Positions 26,732 to 38,899 of a DNA stretch of 64,000 nucleotides are shown in pieces. The notes beneath the pieces were generated by a model. That model was not told where the DNA came from, searched no databases, and saw only the letters and a list, made by a program, of their open reading frames with translations. Origin of the DNA: Octopus sinensis (taxonomy: Eukaryota); assembly GCF_006345805.1 (NCBI RefSeq), contig NC_043004.1, positions 4,588,001 through 4,652,000 on the forward strand, in the 5' to 3' direction. Within the stretch, counting starts at the first letter, position 1, and every line of letters begins with the position of its first letter. Both the position numbers and the translations under genes were made by a program.

Positions 26732-28164
26732 TAAACTGCTCTTCAAAATTATAAAGCCAGAGCACTATCTGTTTTTTCTGGTGAACTATACTATTCAAAT
26801 TTACAAAACTCACCTGTAGATAGGAAATGGAATAGAAAAAGGCATTGCAATATTCAAATTTATTGAAATCTAAAAATGAATTAGATGATAATTCAAAAAA
26901 ACATACAGAGCCAGAAACCCCTTGTTTAAAATTATAACGCTAAGTTGAATAATGTTGCAGAAATGATGTAAAACAAGGAAATTATGATATATTTCAATGA
27001 TATTCTCATGCAATACATTAACAATTGTGTGTTTGACTACCACCTTTATGAATAACTTCAAAGACGCACAATTTCATATTCCCTATCAACTTCTGCAGCA
27101 GATCAAATGGAAGCTCTTCCCAGGCTCCCAGGCCTTCTTCATTGCTACTTCACGTTCATCAACAGATGAATACTGTTTGCTTTTGCTGTACACAACATTT
27201 ATGAAATATCCCCAGGCATTTTCTATAGGCTTATGGTCAGGATTTCTTGCTGGCCATGCCATGACTTCAACCTCAATCGCATGGAGGAAGTTCAAAGTTG
27301 CTTTGCTAGATGAATAGGAGCATTGTCCTGTTGCAATATGAAGTTGTCATGGAGTCTTCTATCTTCTTTACCAATGTGATCCCTGTCCAACATATCTATG
27401 TATTGCACAGCATTGAAATGACTATCCATGATGGCAAGTGACAGCTTCCCATTGGCAGATTTTGTTCCCCACACCATAAGACCTCCTCTGCTGTTCTGCC
27501 ACTTGGAATATATAGAATTTTGTATACATTTATCTGCCCTGTAATTCTTATAACCGTTGGAGGTCATCCAAATTCCATTTTTTCTCATCGGAGAACAGAA
27601 CTTTGATCCATTCACCATCCCACATCTGATGCTGCCAAGAAACAGAAGAGCAGTATGACTTCTTCACAGCTCTGACAGTGGCCCTTTCATTCCTTTCTGA
27701 TGTAGCCTTGGGATGAACCTTGTTGTAGCCGTTAGGATCTTTCAGGAAATTATCCACTGCTTCACTGAATCTTCTTGGCAATCTTCTGGTTACTCATTCT
27801 TTTCACTTTCAGTGCAAGAATCTTCCCTTGTTCAATTTTGGAAAACTTTGTAGCTTTAGGCATACTGGAAATGTAATCTAAATTATGGTGAATAAGATTG
27901 AGTTGAATATTTTCCAAAACAGTCTGGAAAGAAATGAAAGTGTATAGTGGCTTTATAGTTTTGAAGTGTTATATGGTAGGGAAAATTGGAAAATCAGGTG
28001 TTGTCGTGGGATAATAGAGGTACAAGTTTTATATTTCAAAGTATTCATGAAATATCCATATACAATATATTATGCCACTTAGTCTACTTAAATGCAGAGC
28101 TAGATTTTTTTAAATAACTTAAAGAAAATAAACTGGTGGCTTTATAGTTTTGAATAGTAGTTTA
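26732..28164 (-). mobile_element. Decayed Tc1/Tc3-like DNA transposon with TIRs; transposase pseudogene ~27863-27018
   Basis: Inverted ends (A)CT(G/A)CT(C/A)TTCAAAA(T/C)TATAAAGCCA with an inner direct repeat at ~27948. Frameshifted motifs: WIKVLFSDEKKWNLD, GGLMVWG, FILQQDNAPIH, WPARNPDHKPIENAWG. Confidence 0.9.
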
Positions 28165-28442
28165 GATGTGTAAATGTGTGTGCATATATATTTGTGCGTG
28201 TGTGTGTGTAGGGGGGCATGCAAGCTGTGTCCTCAAGAAGCTCATCTACATAGTTCAGTTCTCCAAAGTGTATCTATAGATTCCCTATGGAGAATAAAAC
28301 ACTGGAGAATACAGGAAAATACAAGAAAATATGTATTTCAGAGTAATTACGTATTAAAAGAGAAAAATGGAAAAAATAAATAATACCAAAATTTATCAGT
28401 TTTCTGTTTATATATATATATATTGTATATATATATATATAT

Positions 28443-29145
28443 AGATAAGAAAGTTTGTTTGGTAAAGCACGTGGGTGAATATATAAGAAAATAGTAAAGT
28501 GTGAAAAAACGACAGAAGGCTTAAATGTTAAAAAATATATATATTTGTGTCAAAATGTCTGGAGAATATTGGAAAAATTTTTTTTGGGACTATCACTCAG
28601 GCGCAGATGCACACTGCATCGACAACAGATTGCATTCCCAGAATATAGAATGATACCTTTTAGTGAGCACATTGAGAAATGCGCAAAGCAACTACTGCCA
28701 CAATTTTTAATCTTCCCATTTTACCAATGTGCTTTCGGATCATCAACACAATTGAGAATGAACAAGGAAACATTCTTCATTGAAAAGTACAAACCCAGAC
28801 TCAACCATCCGAACATACTGACACAGAGAAATTAACAAGGAAAAGGGAAAAAAAAATTTTAAGCGATTATCTCCCCTACACCGGAAAAAATCACTCACTA
28901 CCTCCCCTTATTTAGAAATCTCCTGGAAATAAAAACAACGATAATTCCATGCAATATAAACATAACGTCACAAGAAATTTGAAAAGCTACACGCGAAACC
29001 GGTAATTTCTTTAAAAATTTTTTAAATTATGTCATTTTAAGGAAAGGAAAAAAAATTTTTCCAATATTCTCCAGACATTTTGACACAAATATATATATTT
29101 TTTAACATTTAAGCCTTCTGTCGTTTTTTCACACTTTACTATTTT

Positions 29146-29150
<5 letters not shown>
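28443..29150 (+). mobile_element. 5'-truncated Penelope-like retroelement: inverted 5' pLTR, GIY-YIG endonuclease C-terminus and pLTR, in (TA)n
   Basis: 28587-28835 encodes GLSLRRRCTLHRQQI...SEHIEKCA...FLIFPFYQ...RMNKETFFIEKYKPRLN (PLE EN-type C-terminus). ~28480-28585 is the reverse complement of 29050-29150. A hammerhead motif sits in the pLTR. Confidence 0.85.
28972..29011 (+). ncRNA. Minimal type I hammerhead ribozyme, U3-A8 core variant
   Basis: AAGAAAU-UUGAAAA-GC(UACAC)GC-GAAAC-CG-GUA-AUUUCUU. Stem I is a perfect 7 bp, stem II is 2 bp and stem III is the palindrome ACCGGU. Predicted cleavage after 29004. Confidence 0.75.
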
Positions 29151-29176
<26 letters not shown>

Positions 29177-29179
<3 letters not shown>

Positions 29180-29620
29180 TAAGAAAGTTGGTTTGTGAAA
29201 GCACGTGGGTGAATATATAGAAAATAGTAAAGAGTGAAAAAACTACAGAAGGCTTAAATGTTAAAAAATATATATATATTTGCGTCAATATGTCTGAAGA
29301 ATATTAGAAAATTAAAAAAAAATTTTTTAATTATGTCTCTTATAATGACATGATTTAAAAGAAAGACCGGTTTCGCGTGTAGCTTTTCAAATTTCTTGCG
29401 ACGTTATGTTTATGTTGAATAGAGTTATCGTTATGTTTATGTTCAGAAGAGTTCTAAATAAGGGGAGGTAGTGAGTGATTTCTTCCGGTGTAAGGGAGAT
29501 AATCGCTTAAAAATATTTTCCTTTCCCTTGGTGTGAATTTCTCTGTATCAGTATGTTCGGATGGTTGAGTCTGGGCTTATACTTTTCAATGAAGAATGTT
29601 TCCTTGTTTAGTCTAATTTG
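29177..29620 (-). mobile_element. Second, diverged copy of the same Penelope pLTR/EN end (tail-to-tail), with a hammerhead motif at 29359-29397
   Basis: Reverse-complement similarity to ~28750-29150. The minus strand reads AAGAAAUUUGAAAAGCUACACGCGAAACCGGUCUUUCUU. Confidence 0.8.
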
Positions 29621-29822
29621 TGTGTGTTCAGAGAGATACTTTTGTTAGTAACTAAGTAACTAAGGGCCTCTCCTTCAGAGTGAAAGGCAGATTGTATGAT
29701 GCCTGTGTACATACAGCTATGTTACATGACAGTGAAACATGGGCTTTGACTACAAAGGACTTGCAAAGGCTTGAAAGAAATTAAGCTAGCATGCTCTGCT
29801 GGATGGATAATATAGTCTAATT

Positions 29823-29900
29823 TGTGTGTGTGTGTGTGATCATTCCTTCTCCTCGTTGTTTAAACAACGAGGAGAAGGAATGATCACACACACACACACA
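29823..29900. repeat. Perfect ~78-bp palindrome with (TG)n/(CA)n ends
   Basis: TGATCATTCCTTCTCCTCGTTGTTT|AAACAACGAGGAGAAGGAATGATCA. Confidence 0.9.
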
Positions 29901-30271
29901 CATGCACACATTAGGAAGGGCATCCAGCCATAAAAACCCTGCCAAAACAGACACAGTAGCCTGGGGTGGTCTTCTACCGTCCTATCCCTGCATGCATGAA
30001 AAACAGATGTTAACCAATGATGATGATGACAACGATGAGAGACATACATGCACACACCCACACACACATAGATGCACACACACACATATATAGATGCACG
30101 CTTGTGCTCACACACACACACATGTATATATATATAATATAAATAATAATATAATATAAACAGTTGAAAAACACTGTTATAGATTATGCCTGACCAAAAA
30201 CGATCACAGCCACATCATCCAAACAGACCGGGTGTAACCGGGCTTAGCTGCTAGTATATATATATATATAT

Positions 30272-31030
30272 AATCATCATCATCGTTTAACGTCCACTTT
30301 CCATGATAGCATGGGTTGGACGATTTTGACTGAGGGCTGGCGAACCAGATGGCTGCACCAGGCTCCAATCTTGATCTGGCAGAGTTTCTACAGCTGGATG
30401 CCCTTCCTAATGCCAACCACTCCAAGAGTGTAGTGGGTGCTTTTTAAGTGCCACCGGCACAGGGCCAGTCAGGCAGTACTGGCAATAACCTTGCTCAAAT
30501 CTTTTTATGCATGCCACTGGCACAGGTGCCAGTAAGGCGACGCTGGTAATGATCATGCTCGAATGGTGCCTTTTACGTGCCACCGACACAGAAGCCAGTT
30601 AGCCGCTCTGGCAACGATCACGCTCAGATGGTGTTCTTGGCACCCTACTAGCATGGGCACAAGTGCCAGTAAGGCGACGCTGGTAACGATCACACTTGAA
30701 TGGTGCCTTTTATGTGCCACTGGCATGGAAGCCGGTTAGCTGCTCTGTCAATGATCACACTTGTATGGTGCTCTTTGCACCCCACTAGTACGGATGTCAG
30801 TCATCGAATTTGATTTTGATTTTGATTTCACTTGCCTCAACAGGTCTTTGCAAGCAGAGTTTAGTGTCCAAAGAAGGAAAAGGTATGCGTAAGTGAGCTG
30901 GTTATGCTCCTGGCATAGGCCACAAGGTTATGGTCTCATTTGGCTTGCCGGGTCTTCTCACGCACAGCATATTTCCAAAAGTCTCGGTCAATAGTCATTT
31001 CCTTGGTGAGGCCTAAAGTTCGAAGGTCGT
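30272..31030 (-). mobile_element. RTE LINE 3' end / RTE-tail SINE family C with internal tandem repeats and an (ATG)n tail; many shorter copies (e.g. 11966-12113, 22000-22305, 45830-46110, 48980-49160, 55500-56100, 57100-57280)
   Basis: Shares the 3' sequence (GGCATTAGGAAGGGCATCCAGC...CCAACCCATGCTAGCATGGAAA...(GAT)n) with the RTE LINE at 31266-33103. Confidence 0.8.
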
Positions 31031-31265
31031 GCTTCACCACTTCATCCCAGGTCTTCATATAATATAATATAATATATTATTTGATTCTCTGTATGAAGAA
31101 TTTCTAATAGGAAATTTCTCACATGCTTCTCCAGCATGTACATTTTGTGATTCCTATTAGTAAATGAAACATGTGTAATGGTGAATAAATAACACCTAAA
31201 ATTTTTCAGATTGCTGTTTTGTTTTATAATATACATACGCATACATACATATGTATATATATATA

Positions 31266-33103
31266 ATCATTGTTCAACATCTGCTTTCCATGCTGGCATT
31301 GGTTGGATGGTTTGATATAGAACTGGCTAGCTGGGAACTGTCCAGACTCCAATTGTCTGTTGTGGCATGGTTTCTATGACTGGATGTCCTTCCTAATACC
31401 AGCCACTTAAGAGAGTGTGCTGGGTGCTTCTTACATGCCACCAACATAGGTGCATTTACACAGAACTGACATGGGTGCATTTATGCAGCACTTGCATGGG
31501 TGTATTTACACAGCACTGACACGGATGCTTTTTATGTGGCACCCACACCTGAAAGGACAGTGATTCTATTTAGCTTGATGCATCTTATCAAGTACAGTAA
31601 ATCACCACATCTCATGGTCCCTTGTCTTCCTTAGTGAGGCCCAGTGTCCAAAGATCCTTTCTTGCCACTTCATCCCACATCTTCCTGGGTCTACCCCTTC
31701 CACAGGTACTCTCCACAGTTAGAGCTCAGCACTTCTTTACATAGCTGTCCTCATTCATATGCATCACATGACCAAACCAGTGCAGTCCTCTCTCTTGCAC
31801 ACATCTGATGCCTCTTATACCCAGTTTTCCTCTTAAATCATTTACTTTCTGTTACGCATGCACACTGACATTATCCATCCAGCAGAGCATGCTAGCTTAA
31901 TTTCTTTCAAGCCTTTGCAAGTCCTCTGTAGTCAAAGCCCATATTTCACTGTCATGTAACATAGCTGTATGTACACAGGCATCATACAATCTGCCTTTCA
32001 CTCTGAAGGAGAGGCCCTTAGTTACTAACAAAAGTATCTCTCTGAACTTTGCCCAGCCTGTTCTTATTCTAGCAACCATGTACAAGTGGTTCAGAACTCC
32101 CTTCACCACTACTAACTTGGTCTCCTAGATAACAGAAGCTATCTACTACTTCTAATGATTCCCCCAAGCATTTGAGGAAGTCTATTGCCGGTGCATTTTT
32201 AGGGCTTATTGTACTGGCACATTTGCCATGCACAAAGACTATATTCTTTATTAGCCTTCCTGTGATACCGCTACACCTCTTATGTGTCCGAAACTTGCAC
32301 TGGGTACAATGTATGGAGTTTCTACCAATACCCTTCTTACATATTGAGGACTTGTGATTTGTCTGTTTTCCTACTTACTAGGACTTTGGCTTTAGCTAAA
32401 TTAACACCTAGGCCCTTATTCTGGGCCTTGTTTCCACACTTGAAATTTCTTCTCTATGTCAGGTGGTGATTCAGCTATAAGAACAAGGTCATCAGCATAG
32501 AGGAGCTCCCAGGAACAGCCAGTCTTAAATTCCTCTGTTAAGGCCTAGAGGACTAAGATAAACAAGAAGGGGCTAAGAATTGAGCCTTGGTGAACTCCTA
32601 CCTGTACACTGAATTCATTGCTATACTCACTGCCAACCCTCACCTTACTGGCAGATCCCTGTACATGGCTTGTACCACTCTCACTAACCACTCATATATC
32701 CCAAACTTCTATATTGACCACCAGATAAGGGAACAGGGGACCCTGTCAAAGGCTTTCTCCATGTCAACAAAAGCCAGGTACAGAAGTTTATGTATGACTA
32801 AATACTTCTCCTATAGTTGCCTGACTGGGAATATAGCATCAGTTGTGCTTCTACCTGGCTCAAATCCGAACTGAATCTCATCCATACTAACTTACTTCCT
32901 AATTAATTGAGCTATGAGCCTTTCTATGACTTTCATCACCTGGTCCAGCAATTTGATGCCTCTGTAATTATTTCTTTCTAAAACATCACCTTTGCCTTTG
33001 TAACAGTTGATCATAATGCTGCTACACCAATGGTTGGGTATGACTCCCTCATGGACAACCTGATAAAATATTACAGATGACTAGGCCATATCCTACTCCA
33101 CCA
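31266..33103 (-). mobile_element. RTE-clade LINE, 5'-truncated, decayed reverse transcriptase
   Basis: Minus-strand motifs NYRGIKLL, AFVDMEKAFDRVP, WELLYADDL (YADD at ~32488-32499) and RIRTGWAKFRE...KGRLYDACV, with stops and frameshifts. Confidence 0.92.
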
Positions 33104-33794
33104 TGGGACCTCTATTAATTTTGTCTTCAGGTCCTAATTACTAATAAGCTATCCTTTTAATTTGTTGTTTACACTTTTACCGTTTTGAAAATCAGCACAT
33201 ATTTTCAACAACTTTTCTTATAAGATTGACAAAGGAAGTTGAGTTTAACCCTAGGCATTAGGAGCTGCTGATGAGAATTAAGATGGTCTATGTCAAAATT
33301 CAAAATCACGATACAGTTATATACACTAGGGACTTACCTCACTTTCTCAGTCATTAAGTATAGTTCTTTAGTGGTTTTGGAGTTAATTTAACTCTTATTT
33401 TAGCATAAGCAATGCTAGTTCAGTATCCTCCGTCACTTTTGTGACCCCTATTAATTTTGCCTTTAAGTTCTTATTGCTAATAAGTCGCCCTATTAATTTG
33501 TTATGTATGTGTGTATATATATATATATATGCACACATATATATATACATTCATACATACATCTAAATTAGTCTTGTGTCACCTACTTCATTGGTGATGT
33601 AAGAAGAGGAAAATGTTGTCATATATCAACAACTTGATTGCAGACACGACCTGGAATGTATCCAGGACCTTGAGGCAGTGATGATGGACCAAGAAGTGTA
33701 GTTGGTGGACTTTTGCTAGTGTGGCCATAATGAATAATAATAAATAGTAACTAAAAATAATATAATATATATATGCACACACATTCTGCATATA

Positions 33795-33826
<32 letters not shown>

Positions 33827-34257
33827 ATTAGAGATAAAATCACTATTAGGCAAATCAAACAGTGAAAAACATAAGCCAATACATAAAATTAATTAAAAAA
33901 TATAAAAGTTTAAAATTAAAAATTATTTAAATAATTTAAACTTATAAATTTTATATATATATACAAATATATATATATATATGTATGTATAATATTTTTA
34001 TATTTATATATTATTTTATTAATTAATTAATTTTTTTTTTTACATACACACATACATATATACATACATACATACATACATGCATCAGAACTAGTTCAAA
34101 AGGTGAAACGTAGAGTGACCCTACATTTCGGTTTCAATACGCACAAACACATATGTAAGTGTACTTTGACTGTGACCATGCTGGAGCACTACCTTTAGTT
34201 GAACAAACCGACTCCAGGTCTTATTCTTTGTAAGCCTAGCACTTATTCTGTTGGGTC

Positions 34258-35312
34258 TGTAGCATAGCTGATATCCTCACTGTTTGAGAGATATATTCTC
34301 ATGTTAGATAACAACCATCTTCGGCAATTTTGACCCTGTTGTGTCCACTGCTCTGATTGGTTGACAGTGGCACAGCTTGTCTCTTGACTTATTTCGTGCC
34401 AGTGTGTAAGCCAACCAATCACGGCCTTCGGATAAGGTCCCACGACACAGTTTTTTTTGGGTTTCACTGGAGCCCACCTCAGGTTATAAAAAGGCCCCAG
34501 CATTCACGATTTCTCGTCTTAGGTTCCAGTCCTTCTCAGGACTAACCTCTGACCACAGAGCAACTTAACCATGTTCCAGATTCTCAGCCAGTTCCTGCTT
34601 CAGCCGCGACAAGACAACATACAGCAACTCAATGATGCCTTTCTTCACCACCGTCACTTTCATCTTGATGACGCCTTTCTCTGCCGCTGCCATTACCTTC
34701 AACGTCCTTCAACTTCACGTCGTCTTCATCTCCAGCAATACCAATACGTACTCAGCACTCACTCAGGTTTAGCTTTCTCGCTGTTGTGATTTTCACTAAG
34801 GTTAACAGCATGGCACTACGGGCAAGAATTCCTGTATCAAGAGACCTGGCATAGCACTGAAGCCCAAACCACTACATGGCATGAGTTCAACCGGCATTCT
34901 GCCTTGTGGCCCCAACATCCTGTTATAGAACTATTACTATTGTGTAATCTTACTACGACTTGGTAAATTAACTCTATCTTGTCTAAAATATACTGAGAGA
35001 CTCATTCTATGCTCTGTATTGTATTCTGCATACACCTTGTTTGTACTTCTGTCACACACATGAACACACTGACACAAACACTTGTCATATGCACACAGAC
35101 ACTCCACTTTGCTAGCACCCATAATTTATATTATTGTACATATCTGTAAAAAAAGTCTTCTTCTCTCAAACAGTAGAACGGTTGTCATCCTTATTATTCC
35201 TTTTGGCACTTATTTTTTATACCATTTATTTGGCTTATTTTGTTAGGGCGACCGTGCGGCGTTAAAAAGGAGACATTTCTGTCACCACTTACGTACGGTC
35301 GTTTTCCCTATA
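34258..35312 (+). mobile_element. Solo LTR (probably Gypsy-type) nested in a SINE A copy
   Basis: Begins TGTAG and ends CCCTATA (degenerate CTACA). 4-bp TSD GGTC at 34254-34257 and 35313-35316. TATAAAAAG at ~34485. The SINE A halves on either side join seamlessly. Confidence 0.75.
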
Positions 35313-35574
35313 GGTCCTTTTGCCGAACTGCTAAGTTAAGAGGATGTAAACACACTAACATCAGTTGTTAAGTAATGATGGAGTGGGGGGACAAACACAC
35401 ACACACACACATACGATGGGCTTCTTTCAGTTTCTGTCAACCAAATCCACTCATAAGGCTTTGGTTGGCCTGAGGCTATAGTAGAAGACACTTGCCCAAG
35501 ATGCCATGCAGTGGGACTGAAGCTGGAATCATGTGCTTGGGAAGCAATCTTCTTACCAAACAGCCACTCCTGCG

Positions 35575-35625
<51 letters not shown>

Positions 35626-36356
35626 ATATATATATATAAATGTAAGATTTAAGGATTGAGGTGTAGAAAGAAAGTTAGCTTCTGAGGTTCTGCTTGCTAT
35701 GAAAACATATGTAGCTTGGATTTTATCTACCCCTTTCTTAACTCTTGCATATATAATATAATATGATATATATGCACTAGACTATTCATGACCTGTTGTA
35801 TCACCAGGAAACTCTGAGTTTCCAGCAATGAAATTTTGTTTTGTGGGTTTTTTCTTTTCCAAGTTATTTTGCATGCTTTCAAAGAATGTGACATTGAAAG
35901 GTTAGAGTTTCTTTCCTTTTAGAATGAAGTTAAATTCAGAACATTTTCTCATTATGCACCGTTTTGGGTATTTATACCCCTAAACCCCGAATATCTCAAT
36001 AATTATTGCTCCAATTTACACAAAACCTGTTTCATTCCATTTGTATTAACATTTCAGGGTAAAGTTAATTCATAGTATTTTCCCATTATGCTCCAGTTTG
36101 GCAGGGTAACATTGCAAGCAAGCAAGCAAGATACAAACTGACTTTTAATGTATTATAGATATATATCTATATCTATACATACATGCATGCATACCTACAT
36201 ACATACATACATACATACATACACAACCTGACAATTTTTAAGGATGCAACCAAGTCTCCTCTATGAATCTTTTTTTGTTATTCCTAATTACGGCTATAGC
36301 GATATAGATTTCTGTGCATGGGTAAGTGTACCTTTTTTATTTCTAGGCTCTTACTA

Positions 36357-36723
36357 TATGGCAGGTGAAGAGAAAAGACTTCAAGTCCAATTGCTATTTA
36401 CAACTGATTTATTTACAGGAAAGGTGAAGTGTGCTACTCTCAGCTACCATCTTAAGCTCTGATAGTGTGGGTGCATTGCCTCTGGAGATAGATAGGCAGA
36501 AAACCTCTGCCAATGGTGGTGTTCAGCTAGTGCTGCTGTGTAGTGGCGCTGAAGAAGAGACAGGTCTGAATTGGTTTTCCGTTTATATAGTTTCCATCAC
36601 AAGCCTCGTTGAGATCTCACGTATGACAAATGGATGCAGGTGAGGTCTCGCTCCAGTCTCAGAGATGGCAATGGCTGCCACGAGAGCTCATCCAATATGG
36701 CACTGACTGCTTGTGCCGCTACA
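36357..36723 (-). mobile_element. Possible second solo LTR
   Basis: The minus strand starts TGTAGCGGC and contains TATATAAA then AATAAA. No TSD found. Confidence 0.3.
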
Positions 36724-38899
36724 AGTTTAAGCCATGATCATCCCCTATATGTTTTCTTTTGCAAATTTGTGTCCCAGTGTTAAACTGAGAAATTATAGTT
36801 TATGTCTGCCTATTCCCCCTGCACACAATCTGTCCTTGACAAATCTCTCCCTCACAACTTATCTTCCTTATATTCCACATTCCTTCACCCATATTCACTC
36901 ACTGCATTCACCTCCCTCTCTTGTGAACTTACCTGCCCACTCACCCTATGCAGTCCTGTGTACCGCTTATGTTCATCTTCCTGTAACTTGAAGGTATGCC
37001 TCTGCACATCTTCACCACCATCTACTCTCTCTCTCATTTTCCAACTGCAGTAGCTATATATCTCCTCAACAGTAGACACCTCTTTCTGTCCTTCTGTCAT
37101 ACTCTAACAGCTCATCACCTGGCACAAAGCTGCTCCCCTCAATACTATCCCCTACTCAATGGCAGTCTTGTTTTGCAAGTTACTTGGTAACCTCAGTGGT
37201 GCTGGTGCCAAGCAAAAAACATCCAGTCACTCAGTAAAATGATTGGCGTTAGGAAGGGCATTCTGCTGTTGAAACCATGCCAAAGCAGACAGTTGAATTT
37301 GATGCAGTCCTCTGGCTCAGCAGTTCCTGTTGAACTGTCCATCCCATGCCAGCATGGGAAGCAGATATTAAATGATGACGATGTTGCTTATCTACAGGCC
37401 AACCCTTACTGAATAAGAGTTCAAGCCATGACCACCCTGTCTTTTTCTTTTTAGACATAGTATATCTAGGACTATGTTATCCAGTGCGTCATTCCTTTTT
37501 TTAAGGCAGTAAGGTGTGATTAGAGAAGAAGATACAGTTGTTATATCTAGTGGTGTAATCAACCGTGTAGGGATCCTAGTTGACAAAATTGCTATTATTA
37601 AAATAATTTAAGGTGAATTAGCTGAATTGCCGCGGAGTAAATATTGTTCTATATTTTTCTTCTATGTTCTGATTTGGAATATTGTCAGAACTAATTTTTA
37701 CCTTTGATCTTGTTACAATCAATAAGTACCAGCTATGTAGTAGGGTTGATTCAATAAACTGCGATTGGAGATTGACGGAATCGTTAGAGCACGCACAAAA
37801 TAATAATGCGGTATTTCGTAATAGGTTTTCATGTCGAGTTCAAATTCCTCCGAAATCGATTTTGCCAGTTAAACTTCCGTGGTGGAGGTGTTAATAAAAT
37901 AAAGTTTCAGGGAAATATAGGGTCAATATAATCAGTTTTTCTTTTATCCTTAAATTTAAGGCTTTGTGTCTATGTCAGAAACGAAGGGCCATAACTAGCG
38001 GAATCGTTAGATCAACGGATTAAATGTCTTACAGTATTTGTTCGGGGGGTTACGTTCCGAGTTCAAATCGCGCCGGAGTCAATTTTGCCTTTAAATCTTT
38101 CTGGTATTGCTCTACCCGAAAAGAAAATAAAAATCTGGCATTATGCCTACGTTAGAAACAGTTATTATTATAATGACTTTTAACATAGGTACAAAACCAT
38201 AAATTATGTTTTAAGCAGTAAAAGTACTGCATTTGATGCTTCAGAGTAAAGTCCGATTTCCGGGGAAATTAGTGATTGTCTGCGTCTGCAACAGTTAGTC
38301 AACAGGAGAGTTCTAAGCAGAGTTCGATAAGTCCAAGTGACACGAGGAAGGAAAATATCGAACTCTTCTCCGAGTTCTAACAATTTGATGCTTTAGAATT
38401 AATGGTTCCTAGCCTAAATGTTCCGGGAGATTATTTACATGATTGATATAATAAATCAAAATTTACAAAAGTAAACAGTAATTCCAACGAGATTGACTCC
38501 AATGTTTATCCTTCCAGATTCGATAAACAAGTACCAGTAAAATACTAAAAGTCGAAACAATCGATTACACCTTTCTACATATTGGCGTTCTGCTTAGTCA
38601 TAGAAACTTAGTAATAGTAGTAGTAGTTGTCGTTTAGGCCTAGGTCAGCCTTGATCAAGCATTCCAGTCGCAAACATCCCATTCTTTTAGCAGTACATTA
38701 ATTTACTGTGTAATTTCCTTTACTAAGACTGTGGGGCGCGACTTGACTGCGGTTTCTAGTAGGTCGAACGACTACACAGAGGTTCTTCTTTGGGTATTAG
38801 TACTAGTAGTAGGAATAGTAGCAGTACCCTGGTCCAGTGTTCGAAATTGACATGCCATAGTCTCGTGTATGTCAGGAAATGATGATTCTAAACCGCCTT

